Assembly (NCBI GenBank): GCA_965153285.1
Contig: OZ229112.1
Reading direction: 5' to 3' (one strand)
Source: Podarcis tiliguerta
Taxonomy: Eukaryota
Length of the DNA stretch: 64,000 nucleotides
Below, in pieces: positions 12,609 through 24,902 of the stretch. The first letter of the stretch is position 1, and every line of letters begins with the position of its first letter. The translations under genes and the position numbers were made by a program. The notes beneath the pieces were generated by a model, which saw nothing but the letters and a program-made list of their open reading frames with translations, made no database searches and was not told the DNA's origin.

Positions 12609-14304
12609 GTTACTCACCTGAATAGCACAGGTTTCACAAGGATAAGTAATGCCACACACAAGTGTCACAGAAATGGAACCTACAATGGACTGAGTCTTCC
12701 CTACTCTCCGAAGAAGTGGGCTTTCCTGCATGAAAGCTTGTTTACGGCACCACAAGACCATTGTTTTGGCTGCAGTCACACCTCTGGAAGTTATCACTAT
12801 TTCTGAACATTCTAGGTGCCCATCTGACTTGTATATATTTAAGTGGAAGATAACAAAGAAAGAAATTATTTAATGGCAGTTCTCTTACCTCTATTTCAAG
12901 CAAAACCTGTTTGTTCTCCTGTGAGCATTTCAAGATTAGAGAAACTGCATCAGGGCCACCATCACCTATATTCTTGAATAGGACAACTGCAATCTATTGG
13001 ATTGCTCATTGCAGAGAAGAACTGAAAAAACAGAGTTAAAAATAGAATATTAGCATTTCAGATCTTTGCATGCTTACACAGAATTCTGTCTCCAGTTTAA
13101 ACAATGACAGAATACACATTGATTTTATAAATGGGGTAATGTTTGACACACCCAGTCACCCTTTGTAAAAAAACCAACAGTAATCCATTACATTTGATAG
13201 CTGTTATGTATAAATTCCTGTAACCATTGTGTCTGAAATCCTTTAACTGACCTTAATTCATTATGTAAATGAGATCTATAACCAAGCACTGTATACTGGC
13301 AATATAAATTAATAAAGAAAACACCCACCAATTGAAATCATTTATCTCTGATTTCGCTCCACAGCTTAGGACTGATATCCCATTCACTGATCCCTGTTAA
13401 AACAAACACTAATTACACAGCATATGTTGGCTGCAGAAATGCTGCAGTTTCGACTGCTGAAAAAATGCCTCAAATGTTTTCTTATTTTTCAAACCAATTG
13501 CCCAAGTGCTCAGTTGTTCCACTGTTACCACACATGGTGGTTAAAGAGCATATGAATTAGGCTTCCATATAAGCAAATTTCTCTGTAAGTAATTTATATT
13601 GTATGGTAAACTTGTAGCCAGCTAGAACAGCAAATTAAAGCATTAATCACATCTGTAAAATTTAAGGCCATGTGCATACAGAAAAAAAATTAGGGAAATA
13701 CGTTTTCTTGTATTGCTAAAATAAATATTCCACATATGGAGGCCAGTCTAATTCTTCTCATTATAGTGGGAATGAAGATGAACATTAAGCCCATATAACA
13801 TTTCTTTCAGAGTTAGTCGATAGCTCGTTTTCGTAGGTAGCACATATTTTCAAACCTGAAATGTTCACATTCAATCAGATTTGCTGCCATTTCCCGTTCC
13901 CTCTCCCAATCCCTCCCCCCGCCAATCCTTGTTGCTAAAGCTTTTCATCAGCACCGGAAAACCTCCATCATTATTCCATATCACATACTGATGATAAGGC
14001 AAAACAGTAGCAAGCAGACTCTCTAGCATTAAGCAGGCAGTAAAGTTGTGGGAAAGAAACTTGCTATAAAATTATCAAATCTTCCTTCTCAAATGTTAAA
14101 GTAACATACCACCTACTATGTAAATGGAATGTCATATCATTGCTCTTATTTACATAAAAATACACAATATAACTGTGCAGAGGAAGAGCACCCAGGCTAT
14201 GTGCTGTGAACTTTCCAGACCTAACTTAAGGGAACTTGAGTAAGCCATTGGTCACCCACTTGCAACTCCTTGCATGCACTATGGAGAATGCTTCATTTTT
14301 TCTT

Positions 14305-14440
14305 TTATCATATTTAAATCCCACCTTCCTTCTAAGGCACTCTAGGTGGCATACAGCCCCCACCCCCAATTTGTCCTCAATAAAATCCTGTAATGTAGGT
14401 TAGTTTGAATAAGAGAGACTGGCCCAAGTTGCTCAAGGAC
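14305..14440 (-). mobile_element. Old CORE/L2-tailed SINE (MIR/Squam3-like) fragment
   Basis: atcccaccttcct...cctgtaatgtaggttag...gactggcccaag, the reverse complement of the copy at 60243-60460. Confidence 0.65.
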
Positions 14441-14527
14441 TCCTGCATCATGTGGATCCCTCCATTTTAATGGCTTAGTAGTGCTGGAAGAAGCAAAGAA
14501 AACAGCTCCATACTGCTAAGGTGATAC

Positions 14528-14922
14528 TAGAGATGGAGGAGAGATTCAGTTAAGGTGAACCTACCTTTCTCAAACAACATGCAAACCAGAACACGACCAT
14601 CTTTTGAAAAGTGCACTTCTCTGAATTTTGCAGTGTAGTTCTTCAGACAAATAACCTGCATAAAAATGCATATTCGTGAAAATGGCATACAAAAATGCAT
14701 TGCATTGGTGTAAGCCACTTTGCAAAAATGTTAATATTAGACAAACTTCCATACACCACATGTATATTAGGAAAATTTCACAGGAAATATGAATTTTCAC
14801 GAGAACTACCCCCCCTCCCAAAAAAAATTCACAAACTGATGTGGTAACATGGGGAACTGGGTTTAAGATTACGAAAATGAGAAACTGAAAGAAACCAAAA
14901 TTAACAGATTTGCCAATCCTTA
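14528..14922 (+). mobile_element. Non-autonomous DNA transposon with TAGGGATG-like (hAT/Ac-like) termini
   Basis: Starts tagagatggaggagag and ends acagatttgccaatcctta; internal aaaatgcat repeats; homologous to 30694-31130 and, inverted, to ~24600-24902. Confidence 0.65.
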
Positions 14923-15467
14923 CCTTAGAGTAATTTGACTACTTGTGCATGGATTGGTTCCTTCCATTGAACAGCTAGGAGCCCCTGCCAAAGACCTGTA
15001 TTTGCTCCAGATGTAGACCTAGAGTTGGGTCTAGACTTGCCCTTCTATAGACAGCAAGGCTCATTCAATTCACATAAGGAACTGCTAGAAGAAGGGGGCC
15101 ACTTCCAAACCATTCCTGAACTTCCAGAGTAGCTGGAAGTGGGGGTGAATGGGAACCTGGATCAGTCACCTCCATCCATTATTCCAGTGGGGAAATTTCA
15201 TAGGCAACATTCTGCCCATGGGTATTCTGGACTCAGCTGTATATAGATTTATTGCACCTGAGACTGAGCTATGTCAACAATTGCCAGGGATGGAAAGGGA
15301 CTACCACAAACAACTAACACATTATACCTTTTGTGGTAGAAATTGAACCCCTAATGCATGTACCTCAGCATAGGGCTCAATGAATACTTTTCCTGTTCCT
15401 TTGCTCAGAGTGAGCTGAATCATGTCTCTAATTTTTAGATTGCAGAATTTTGCTGAACACTTAAAGG

Positions 15468-15596
15468 CAGGGGTGGAAGACCTGTGGCCTTCCAGATGGT
15501 GTGTGACTACAGCTACCATCTCACATGGCCATTGACCAGGCTGGCTGGGAGTTGGGAATCAAACAATATCTGGAGGACCACCAGTTCCCACCCCTG
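15468..15596. mobile_element. Palindromic hAT-type MITE
   Basis: TIRs caggggtggaa / ttcccacccctg with the ccagat...gactacagct...atctggagg core shared with 9560-9695. Confidence 0.8.
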
Positions 15597-15880
15597 AGAT
15601 AAAGCATTCACTTTTCCATCAGGCCATGGTAAAATATTCCCGTCGGAATACAGATCTAACAGAGTGGGTTACTGCCATGCGGAGCAATCGAATGCATGTT
15701 CATGCAGAAATGTCCCATTTACTCTGAGGTAAGTGAGGATAGGGCTGCAGTCCTACAGCACACTCCTATGAATGTTTACTCAGAGGTATGTCCCACTGAG
15801 TTCAATAGTAATTGTATCCTGGTAATTGTATGCAGGATTGCAAAATTAGTCTGTAGTGCTAAATACACTATCAGTGAGCA

Positions 15881-15982
15881 AAAGCCGGCTCCCTTGGCCT
15901 GAAAGCAAGATGAGCGCCACACCCCATAGTCACCTTTGACTGGACTTGACCATCCAGGGGTCCTTTACCTTTTTTTAACCTT
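15881..15982 (+). mobile_element. 5'-truncated Sauria SINE (3' ~100 bp)
   Basis: gccggctcccttggcctgaaagcaagatgagcgcc...ggggtcctttacctt; shares diagnostic bases with the 24193-24568 copy. Confidence 0.85.
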
Positions 15983-16218
15983 ACTGGTGAGTAAAGCCCA
16001 TTGAACTCACAGGGCTTACTTCTAAGTAAAAATACTTAAAATTGCTTTGCACGTGACTTTTTCCCTTCGTATCACTTTGTGCACTGCTAAACTGTATATC
16101 ATACTACCAATTGACCACAAAGTATACTAATGAAGAAATGAAATCACATTCCTTCCTTAAAGAGGACATATTTCATGCTAACACAGTAGACAGAATAAGA
16201 GGTTTTCAAAAACCTTAC

Positions 16219-16262
16219 TCATTTTGGTCTCAGAACTCTGGCTGAACTTACTAGCATTTCTC
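16219..16262 (-). CDS. Candidate 44-bp internal exon of an unidentified gene (RNASKFSQSSETKM)
   Basis: Minus strand gttttattttAG | 44 nt | GTaagg with one stop-free frame; protein not recognised and could be chance. Confidence 0.3.
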
Positions 16263-16474
16263 CTAAAATAAAACTATCTTTAGCAATTTCTGAAAATGTT
16301 TGCACACACACACATATTCATGCTAACTTCCTGATCAGACATACATATGCAGACTTCTCTGGTGTTTTCCTCATATCGTGTTTGGGAATATTCCAGGGGG
16401 TGGAGGGAGAAGCAATGAAAAATATATTAAAGGAAAGAAGAAAATCGTCACAGCCTCAGAGATTTGAAAGGTGA

Positions 16475-16475
16475 G

Positions 16476-16507
<32 letters not shown>
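16475..16507. repeat. (GTT)n microsatellite
   Basis: Seen directly. Confidence 0.95.
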
Positions 16508-16508
<1 letters not shown>

Positions 16509-16804
16509 TTCTTTCTAAGAGGGTTATTTCCAGATCTTGCTATTGTATAAGTGCAAGAATAAGAGCTCAGACACATTAGGCTCAATGAACTTAAATTCAT
16601 AACATATAACAGCATCTCTGGGTGCACAACTTTCAGGATTCTGTACAGATAGGGTAGCCATGAATAGTATTTTATTTAAATGTCTGTATTAAGCAGATCC
16701 CCCTCTCTGCTAAAAATGGAGAAAAAACAAACAAGTCATATTCATCAAAGTAATTGTGTAGGTACTTTCACTACCAAAATGCCTGGAATGAAAGATTGAA
16801 CTGC

Positions 16805-17112
16805 NNNNNNNNNNNNNNNNNNNNNNNNNNNNNNNNNNNNNNNNNNNNNNNNNNNNNNNNNNNNNNNNNNNNNNNNNNNNNNNNNNNNNNNNNNNNNNNN
16901 NNNNNNNNNNNNNNNNNNNNNNNNNNNNNNNNNNNNNNNNNNNNNNNNNNNNNNNNNNNNNNNNNNNNNNNNNNNNNNNNNNNNNNNNNNNNNNNNNNNN
17001 NNNNNNNNNNNNNNNNNNNNNNNNNNNNNNNNNNNNNNNNNNNNNNNNNNNNNNNNNNNNNNNNNNNNNNNNNNNNNNNNNNNNNNNNNNNNNNNNNNNN
17101 NNNNNNNNNNNN
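16805..17112. other. Assembly gap (N run)
   Basis: Run of N. Confidence 1.
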
Positions 17113-19399
17113 GCATGCACACATAAATTGTGGGGAAACGCTTCTGCTATCAAAACCTAACTCGTGGATTTTCCAGCTAGTTGGGTAATAGTGGTATTTG
17201 TTTAAAACAAATATTCAATCAGAGCCACTGAGTGGCATCCTAAATATGTTTGTTCAGTGAAAAGGACAACATAGCAGAAACAAAATTTACAGAAGGGATG
17301 GTGGTGGTCTTATTTTTATTTCAACATATTCATAAAAACTATAAAAGGAGATCGTCACAGCAAAATGTCCCTTCCATATTACCTGGTGCCATCATTACTG
17401 TCACTTAAGCAGACATTTTCAAGGGGTGCATGCAACTAAATCCGGAGTGATAGAATGAAATATGTTATATCTGGGATACTTGTATATGGCTGAACATAAT
17501 ACCACTGGTAGCATACACTTTAAATAAGAGTAAAATGCATAAAATGGCACTGTGTAAAATAAGCAAGCCCTGATGCTAATGGGCAGCAGTAGTCAACCAC
17601 CCTCTGCTCTACTGAAGTTATATGGAGATTTATTTCCTGGAGACAGAGGAAAGACCACACAGACTCGCTTATTTAAAAAATGCACTGTTGTTTTTTACTT
17701 GAATATACACAATAGAATCAGACCACTGGAAAAAAAAATGTGTAGAATGTTTGATTCCATTATGCAGAGAGCAAAGCTGTGTCTGAAGAGACACACTAGA
17801 GTATTGGTAATTAAAGTGAAGGCTTTTTGTGAGAATCCTGATGCTACATTATGCTTAAAGAAAATAATGCCCTTGTATATTCCCATTTCAATACTCTTTC
17901 CTTGCCCTCTTTTCAAAAATGCATTCATTCATGTATTTCCCCCTAGTAAATGTACATTTCCCCCTGCAGATTATGTCTATCCACAATTCAGAGGAGCATA
18001 TATTTTGTTCTTGCACTTCACTGACTTGTTTAACTTTAGGATGTTCATTTTTATTTTTATTTTATAGTAAGCAAGCAAAGGCCCCATGAGGTATATTTAT
18101 GTGCGTGAGCCTCTCCTCACTCAGTAGTCCGTTCCCTATCTGATTTATGAGGGCTTGCAAACTATCATCTACGACTAGAAGAGAAAAACAACATTTTTAA
18201 GACAATCAAAATTAAACCTGTTTCTGGATGAATTGGGATTTTGGTGGTCACATTGTGCTTTTATCCAAAGCTTGTGTTTATTACAAACCTCTTCAGACTG
18301 TGGCCACTTACCACAACATATATTTTGCATTACTTCAGTATGGTAAATATTTGCTTTGTTTTTAAAATACCTAGGTTAACACACACTGAGCTGCAAATCA
18401 GGCATTTCCAAACTACCATTGTTTATTTTTTATTAAATCCATGGGATTACATCATCAGAAACCCAAGGACTGTACTGTGGATCATATAATCGCAGGGAAA
18501 AATTAGAGAGTTAAATGTTACAACCTTTCCCCAAGGTCACATGGAAGTCCCTGTGACTTTCCTCAACAAATAAGAAACAGATGTGAAAATAGATAATATC
18601 GGCCTACAGAACCACCCTTGCCATGTACTGAGATGAAGTTGTTGCTTTGGGCAGAATATTCCGGAAAGTGAACCATTTTCTTTCTTTTGACTTCCACCTC
18701 AATGTGCAATGAGTGTGGGGAACGGGGGAGGAAGCTGACTGTAAGAGGGATGTAATTTTGAGGTTCCTCTTGTGATACGAAACACCAGGTGCTGTCAGAC
18801 TGGGTTTATATTTGTCCTAGTACAGTGCTGATAAATCTGACTCAAAAGGGGGAATCTGTATCTTTACCTACATTGCACCAGGGACATGTTCAGCAAGGAT
18901 CCCTCGACCATTGCTACAGCATTTTGATACCATGCTCTGCCTACCCCGTCCAGGTCAGCAATTGGAAGCCTTGGGGACAGATAATATCTAGGTCCAGGGA
19001 GTAGTAGCATTCATTCGCGAAACAAAGCGTAATACAAAACAGTATATACCACTTTCCCAATATGCTTATATCATGCTTGAGATTTGAGATTATACCCAGT
19101 ATATTTGAGGGTCCAATATACTGGCTGAAGGACAATTGGATGTGCTATAAGTGCTGCTCTACTAGCAGAGAAGGAGAGATGCTACCCAGATGGCACTTAA
19201 CTCCATAGGTGTAAGTGTGTAAGTCCCTGGTACACCTGCAGAAAGCTCCATGTGTGTAGAGGTTCCAAAACAATAGCATCAACCAGAGCATCTTTATACT
19301 GTAGGTATCTGCTGGCATTCTTAATGTTCTCTAAAAGGCTACTGTCACAGGACATAACACTGCAGAGGCCATGCTGGTTCAGCTTCAGCAAGACTTGTT

Positions 19400-19795
19400 A
19401 TCTAGATGCTTGCTAATTCAATATTTAATGATGTTTTCTAGAAGTTTACCTGGAACAGATGTTAAGCTAACAGGATTGCAAATTTCTCAGATACCCCTGA
19501 ATACATTTTTTAAACAACAACATGGTGTTACATTGCAGAGGCGGTTTTAGGGTAAGCACAACCTCTGCATCTGCACTTGGCACTGTGTGGCACAGGGGGC
19601 TCCACAACAATGCTGTAGAACTGAGTGAGAGAGGCAAGGGGGGGCTGCAGAACTTTAGCGTCGCACAGGATATGGCTGAAATTTGAGAGTCCAAAGTCCA
19701 CCACTGTACGTTGGCCACTTTCCAGTCCTCATGTATGGAACCTTATTTTAGGGACAAGTTACATACTTTTGTTAGTTCAGCAATTTCACCTGTGA
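19400..19795 (-). mobile_element. Old CR1 LINE ORF2 fragment, interrupted by an insertion at ~19535-19708
   Basis: gatgttaagctaacagg...ttttt...ggtgttacattg [insert] ttggccactttccagtcctc... matches the reverse complement of the CR1 pre-RT region (PEDWKVANVTPIFKKG...YRPVSLTS). Confidence 0.65.
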
Positions 19796-20169
19796 CCTTC
19801 TGCATGGAAAGCAAGAACTATGGTCCACACCTTGGTTCTTTCTCCCCTGCTACAGTCTTGATGAAAATAGTCTATTTAGTTACATTTCAAGGAAAGTCCC
19901 TTTAGCACCAAGAGAGGCTTCCTTGAACTGCAAATAGCAGCTTCAGAGAGGCAAGGAGAGAAACAGTTAAACTTTCCCCCTCACAGTCTTCTTAGGCTTC
20001 CTCGTGGTTGCTCTTTACACAACAAGAAAGTATAGACATTAATTGCATTCATATTGTGAAATATATTTCTGCTGTGTCATGGCCAGTGGAAGTACATACA
20101 CTTCCATCCAGTCTGCTGGATTGAAAGCTATATATTTATCCAAAAATATCAAGACCATCAACATATCAC

Positions 20170-20760
20170 ATAATTTTTATCTGAGTAGCTGTCTGCCTTT
20201 TAATTGACTAAATTAATTTAATACATGTGAGTGCATCTGCATATTATGAAAATTATCAATATAGGGGCTCTTTTGAGATACTGAAGGATGAGCAAGATAA
20301 CTTGCAATTTAATAAATCAAAGCTACTGCTCATTGCCAGAATGAAAGCCTTTCTTTTTCATTACCTATTATAAGAACACATTAGAGCCAAAATGGCTTCA
20401 TCAAGTAAACAACTGAAGGCTCAATTAAAATTGGCCCCACCAATTAATAAGCCGATTAAAGCTTGCAGCCCTAATAAATGCATAAAATAATATTTATTAC
20501 AGTTGAAAACTCTTGTGATACTGTATTTCAATTGTACGAAGTCTGGTATTTTCTCTCTACCATCAGTGTTCAACTCATATGTCTGGATAAAGTAAATTTT
20601 GGATCATTTGATAAAATAATCAAAAGCAAACTTAACGGATTCGCCATGAGGCTCTATTTTAGGGCACTGCGCTTGAAAGGACATCTTCACTACTAAACTT
20701 ATGTATCACTCCATCTTATTGCTGATTGGCAGCATGGGTATATTCAGGAAGACCAATTCA
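20170..20760. promoter_or_regulatory. Putative conserved non-coding element / developmental enhancer
   Basis: Repeat-free and AT-rich with many TAAT/ATTA cores; Pbx-Hox-like ATAAATCA (20312-20319) overlapping TCF ATCAAAG (20316-20322); forkhead GTAAACAA (20405-20412); CATAAAA (20481-20487); several retained CpGs. Conservation is inferred, not tested. Confidence 0.55.
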
Positions 20761-21829
20761 TATATTTACTAAAACAGCAAAATATCCCTTGGGCTTCTTC
20801 TTTCTCAGTTTTTGTGTACAGATGAACCAATTGTTAGGTTGCAATTTGAACAATAACATGCTAAACCAGGATTTCTGTAGATATATACACAATAGATGTA
20901 ACACTGCAAATGGCTTTAAACCAAAATATAGAGATAAGAAATTAATCCTAGTCTAATATATCATTGGAAATAGCATTTTATCTCTTTTATGGCAGGACTA
21001 GGGGCAAATGTAAAGTAGCCCTATCAGAAACCAGATAAACTGTTTGGTAAGTGCTCAGTAACTTCTTAATTAACCAGCCTTCAAATGCGTAACACTGACT
21101 GTTATCTGCAGTTAGAGCAGAATTACACTGCTTTTAAACAATGCATACAGATGATAGCAGTGATAGGTGCTAAGGAAATGATTATTTAATAGCATACTTT
21201 AAAGGGATGTATTTTACTGTGCTCCCCCCTCCGCCTGATCCTTCCTTACACTTTATTTTCCAGAAGAACTTTGATTAGAAATTAAATAGCTGAACTATTT
21301 TAAGGTCTCACATTCCATAATATTTCACTTTTATGCAGCAGTAGATTTATATATTTTCCCTCCTGAAATGGATGTTTAATCTGTAAAGTGGGTTGTCAGA
21401 ACTCACTCTAGAACAGTGGTTCTGAATACTAGTCCTGACATGTGGGAGACATGACTTATAGTGAGACTTCCTATGTTAAATGGTGGAGGGGGGATAACAA
21501 AAATAATTTTGATTGGTAGACTTCAAAAGCATTCCAGGATGAGCAACAACCAAACCAACGGTAAAGAGGTGTAGTTCATCACTAAAGAGCATGATAGTCT
21601 TTCATGTGAAGGAGACTAAACCTGGATTTTGAACCACTTGGAAAAGAGAGGAGACCAGTGTTCAGTATGTGATATTATTTTGTAATATTCTGTAAGCTAG
21701 CGAGGGGTGAAGATGGCTATAGCAACATTCCTAATTGCAATCAGAAGATGGAAGATGAACATAAACCTTGACATAGAATTAGAAAGCAGTTACAATAAGA
21801 AAAGACTGACCAAGGATATCATTTTCAGG

Positions 21830-23240
21830 TTTGGCTGAAAAGGACAAGGTGGATGAACAGATGACTTGGAGTTTGAAGTATCACAGTTGGTAGAGGAAAC
21901 CAATATTTTTTTGATAGAGTTACAAGTTTAGTAGATCAAGGGAATGCTGTGGATGTAGCATTTTTTGATTTGTTAAGGGTTTGAACAAAGTCTGCCATGA
22001 CATTCTTGAGAAGAAGCTGGTAAAATGTGATTAGATAATGTTATTGTTAGGTGAATTTGTAGCTGGTTGATTGACCGAATCCATGGTTCTATTGACTGAC
22101 TGAACCCATCCAAGAAGAAGAAGAAGAAGAAGAAGAAGAAGAAGAGGAGGAGGAGGAGTTTGGACTTGATATCCCGCCTTTCACTCCCCTTAAGGAGTCT
22201 CAAAGCGGCTAACATTCTCCTTTCCCTTCCTCCCCCACAACAAACACTCTGTGAGGTGACTGGGGCTGAGAGACTTCAAAGAAGTGTGACTGGCCCAAGG
22301 TCACCCAGCAGCTGCATGTGGAGGAGCAGGGAATCAAACCCAGTTCACCAGATTATGAGTCCACTGCTCTTAACCACTACACCATGCTGACAAGTGGAGT
22401 ACTGTGGGTTTCTGTCCTGGGTCTGGTTTTATTCAACATCTTTATAAATGGCTAGGATGAAGGAATAGAGGGGATGCTCATCAAATGTGCAGATGACACC
22501 AAACTGGGAGGGTTACTTCAGAAGGTACAATTAGGATTCAAGATGACCTTGAGAGATTGGAGAACAGGGCTAAAGCTAAAACTAAAAAAAGCATTTCAAT
22601 AGCGAAAAATGTAAGGTCTATATTTAGGTAGGAATAGCCAGATGCACAAATATATGGTGTAAAGGATCTAGGGGTCATTGTAGACCACAATCTTAACATG
22701 AGTCAACAGTGTGATGCAGCAGAAAAGAAAAGAAAAAAAGCTTATGCAACTCTAAGCTGTATCAACGGAAGTATAGTGTCCAGATCAAGGAAAGGAAAAG
22801 TGCCTACACCATGACCAACTTACATCTGTGGTATGTTGTGGCCCATTTTATCCCAAAATGATTGTTGTGTGATTATTGCAACTCCCATCCACACACAGCC
22901 TCACTTTGTCCGGGCCCACCATAGTACTGCTCTAGTTTGCTTTGGTCAGACCCCACCTGGAGTACTGTATCCTGTTTGGGGTCCCTTAGTTTAAGAGACA
23001 TTTTGACAAACTGGGACATGTGCAAAGGAGGAGACACATTATAAATGGTCTAGAAATGAAGCCTTATGAGGAATTGTTGAGGGGGTTGGATATGTGTAGT
23101 CTGGAGAAGAGAAGACTGAGAGGTGAGGTGAGGTGATATGATAGCCAGATACCTGAAGGGCTGAAGATGGAGCAAACTTGTTTTCTGCTGCTCCACAAGG
23201 CAAGACCCAAACCAACAGATTCACATTACATTAGGAAGAT
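21830..23240 (+). mobile_element. CR1 LINE ORF2 (RT and C-terminal part), degraded, with nested insertions
   Basis: Recognisable CR1 RT blocks: gatcaagggaatgctgtggatgtag (DxGNAVDV), tctgtcctgggt...ttcaacatctttataaat (SVLGxVLFNIFIN), gcagatgacaccaaactgggagg (ADDTKLG), gtcagaccccacctggagtactgt (VRPHLEYC). Confidence 0.92.
22112..22390 (-). mobile_element. tRNA-derived SINE with (CTT)n tail (Squam3-like), nested in CR1
   Basis: Reverse complement of 59256-59505; (AAG)n/(GAG)n tail at 22112-22158; A box tggtgtagtgg. Confidence 0.9.
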
Positions 23241-23374
23241 GGTAAGAACTTATAGCAATCTTTTTAAGTATTTTGCAATTTAATGAAGGGACAGGTCCAT
23301 AGAATATAAGCTCACAGCTAATGTATAACAACAGGCATTGGAATATTCAGAATGTCAAAAATAAGAAAACTTCA

Positions 23375-23570
23375 TAAAGACTAACAAATTTATTGTGACA
23401 TAAATATTCTCGGACCATAGTGTACTTCAGCGTTTCCCAAACTTGGGGCTAAAGCCGTTTTTGGACTACAACTCCCATCATCATTTGCTAGGTGGACTAC
23501 TAGTCAGGGATGGTGGGAACTGGAGACCCAAGTTTGGGAAACCCTGGTCTGTTTCATCAGATGCACGAAA
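23375..23570. mobile_element. Penelope-like terminal remnant split by a hAT MITE (23428-23546)
   Basis: taaagactaacaaatttattg...[MITE]...ttcatcagatgcac; the MITE TIRs cagcgtttcccaaacttggg / cccaagtttgggaaaccctg match at 19 of 20 positions. Confidence 0.75.
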
Positions 23571-24192
23571 TGTCATTCTCAGTTGGCAGCTATACAGGAG
23601 TACAGGGTCAGGGAATGTAAACAGTGAGGTTAAATGGCAACGAATTACTAAAAAGGAAAGTCTGTATTTAAGAAAATAAAGCTCAGATGTATGCGAAATA
23701 AGCACAGTGACCATTCAGAACAGCAGGAATTAGTGATAACAGTAGCATCTTTGCAATGATAAGATGTATCCAAGGCTAAGTCCTGAACTGCAAGGTTTTT
23801 TTAGGCCACCAAGAGCAGTGCATCTTCTTGCTAGCACATTTGTTCTGTTAAGTCTTGTGACTGCTGAGTTGGGGGTGTGGGCAAGGGATCCTGATTGTGG
23901 CTCTGTTCATTGTGGGTGCATTGGCACTCTGTGGCTTGGCTGTGCTGCTGATTGAAAGGCTAGTTGGCAAGAAGGACCCTTTGAACATTTTCTTTAGGAT
24001 TGGCTATGTTTTACATATGATTTTGCATTTGCATACCTGTGTGTTTGGGTGGTCAAGGGCAAAAGATTATTTTTTCTGGCTCTTTCTGTAATTAAAACAA
24101 ACATTCAGGGGGATGTGCAGCCCACCCTCAAACTAAGTTGTTTGCTAAGGAATGCCTTATCTTATTTGTAGAAAATCAAAGTTCTACAAATA

Positions 24193-24568
24193 AAGGTAAA
24201 GGAGCCCTGGATGGTTAAGTCCAGTCAAAGGTGACTATGGGGTTGCAGTGCTCATCTCGCTTTCAGGCCGAGGGAGCTGGTGTTTGTCCCCAGACAGGTT
24301 TCCGGGTCATGTGGCCAGCATGACTAAACCCCTTCTGGAACAACAGAACACCGTGACGGAAGCCAGAGCACACAGAAACAGCGTTTACCTTCTCACCACA
24401 GTGGTACATATTTATCTACTTGCAGTGGCTTGCTTTCGAACTGCTAGGTTGGCAGGAGCTGGGACAAAGCAACGGACGCTCACCCCATCATGGGGGTTTG
24501 AACCGCTGAGCTTCTGATCAGCAAGCCCAAGAGGCTCAGTGTTTTAGACCACAGCGCCACCCGCATCC
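24193..24568 (-). mobile_element. Sauria SINE, full length
   Basis: Homologous to 4086-4450; TSD ctacaaata at 24184-24192 and 24569-24577. Confidence 0.95.
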
Positions 24569-24599
24569 CTACAAATACTATTGCCTGTCTACATCAGTT

Positions 24600-24902
24600 T
24601 CATCTGTGTTCTTTCACAAGTCCTTACCATCCTATTTCATTTTTTTAAAAAGCTTTATAATAATTGGCATTTAAACTGTAGACATTTCCCCATTAAATGT
24701 GATTTTTTGCTCACATTTTTCATCAAAATACCCATTTTTTTCTACACATTTTTGAGCTAACACCTGCACTGCAAAATTCAGAGAACTACAGAGTTTAAAA
24801 GATAATTGTGCTCTGATCCAAATATGAGTCAGGTAAGTGCAGGTAAATATTAGATCAGTTCACTTATAAATGCAGAGTGAACAATATTCTGGAGCACCCT
24901 AT
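24600..24902 (-). mobile_element. Degenerate copy of the TAGGGATG-ended DNA transposon family
   Basis: tgcactgcaaaattcagagaa...aatgcagagtgaac...gcacccta is the reverse complement of the 14528/30694 element. Confidence 0.5.

Noticed and set aside
17573-18067. 164-aa plus-strand ORF
   Set aside because: No recognisable motif, low-complexity F/I/L-rich tail from T-rich DNA and no splice support; consistent with chance.
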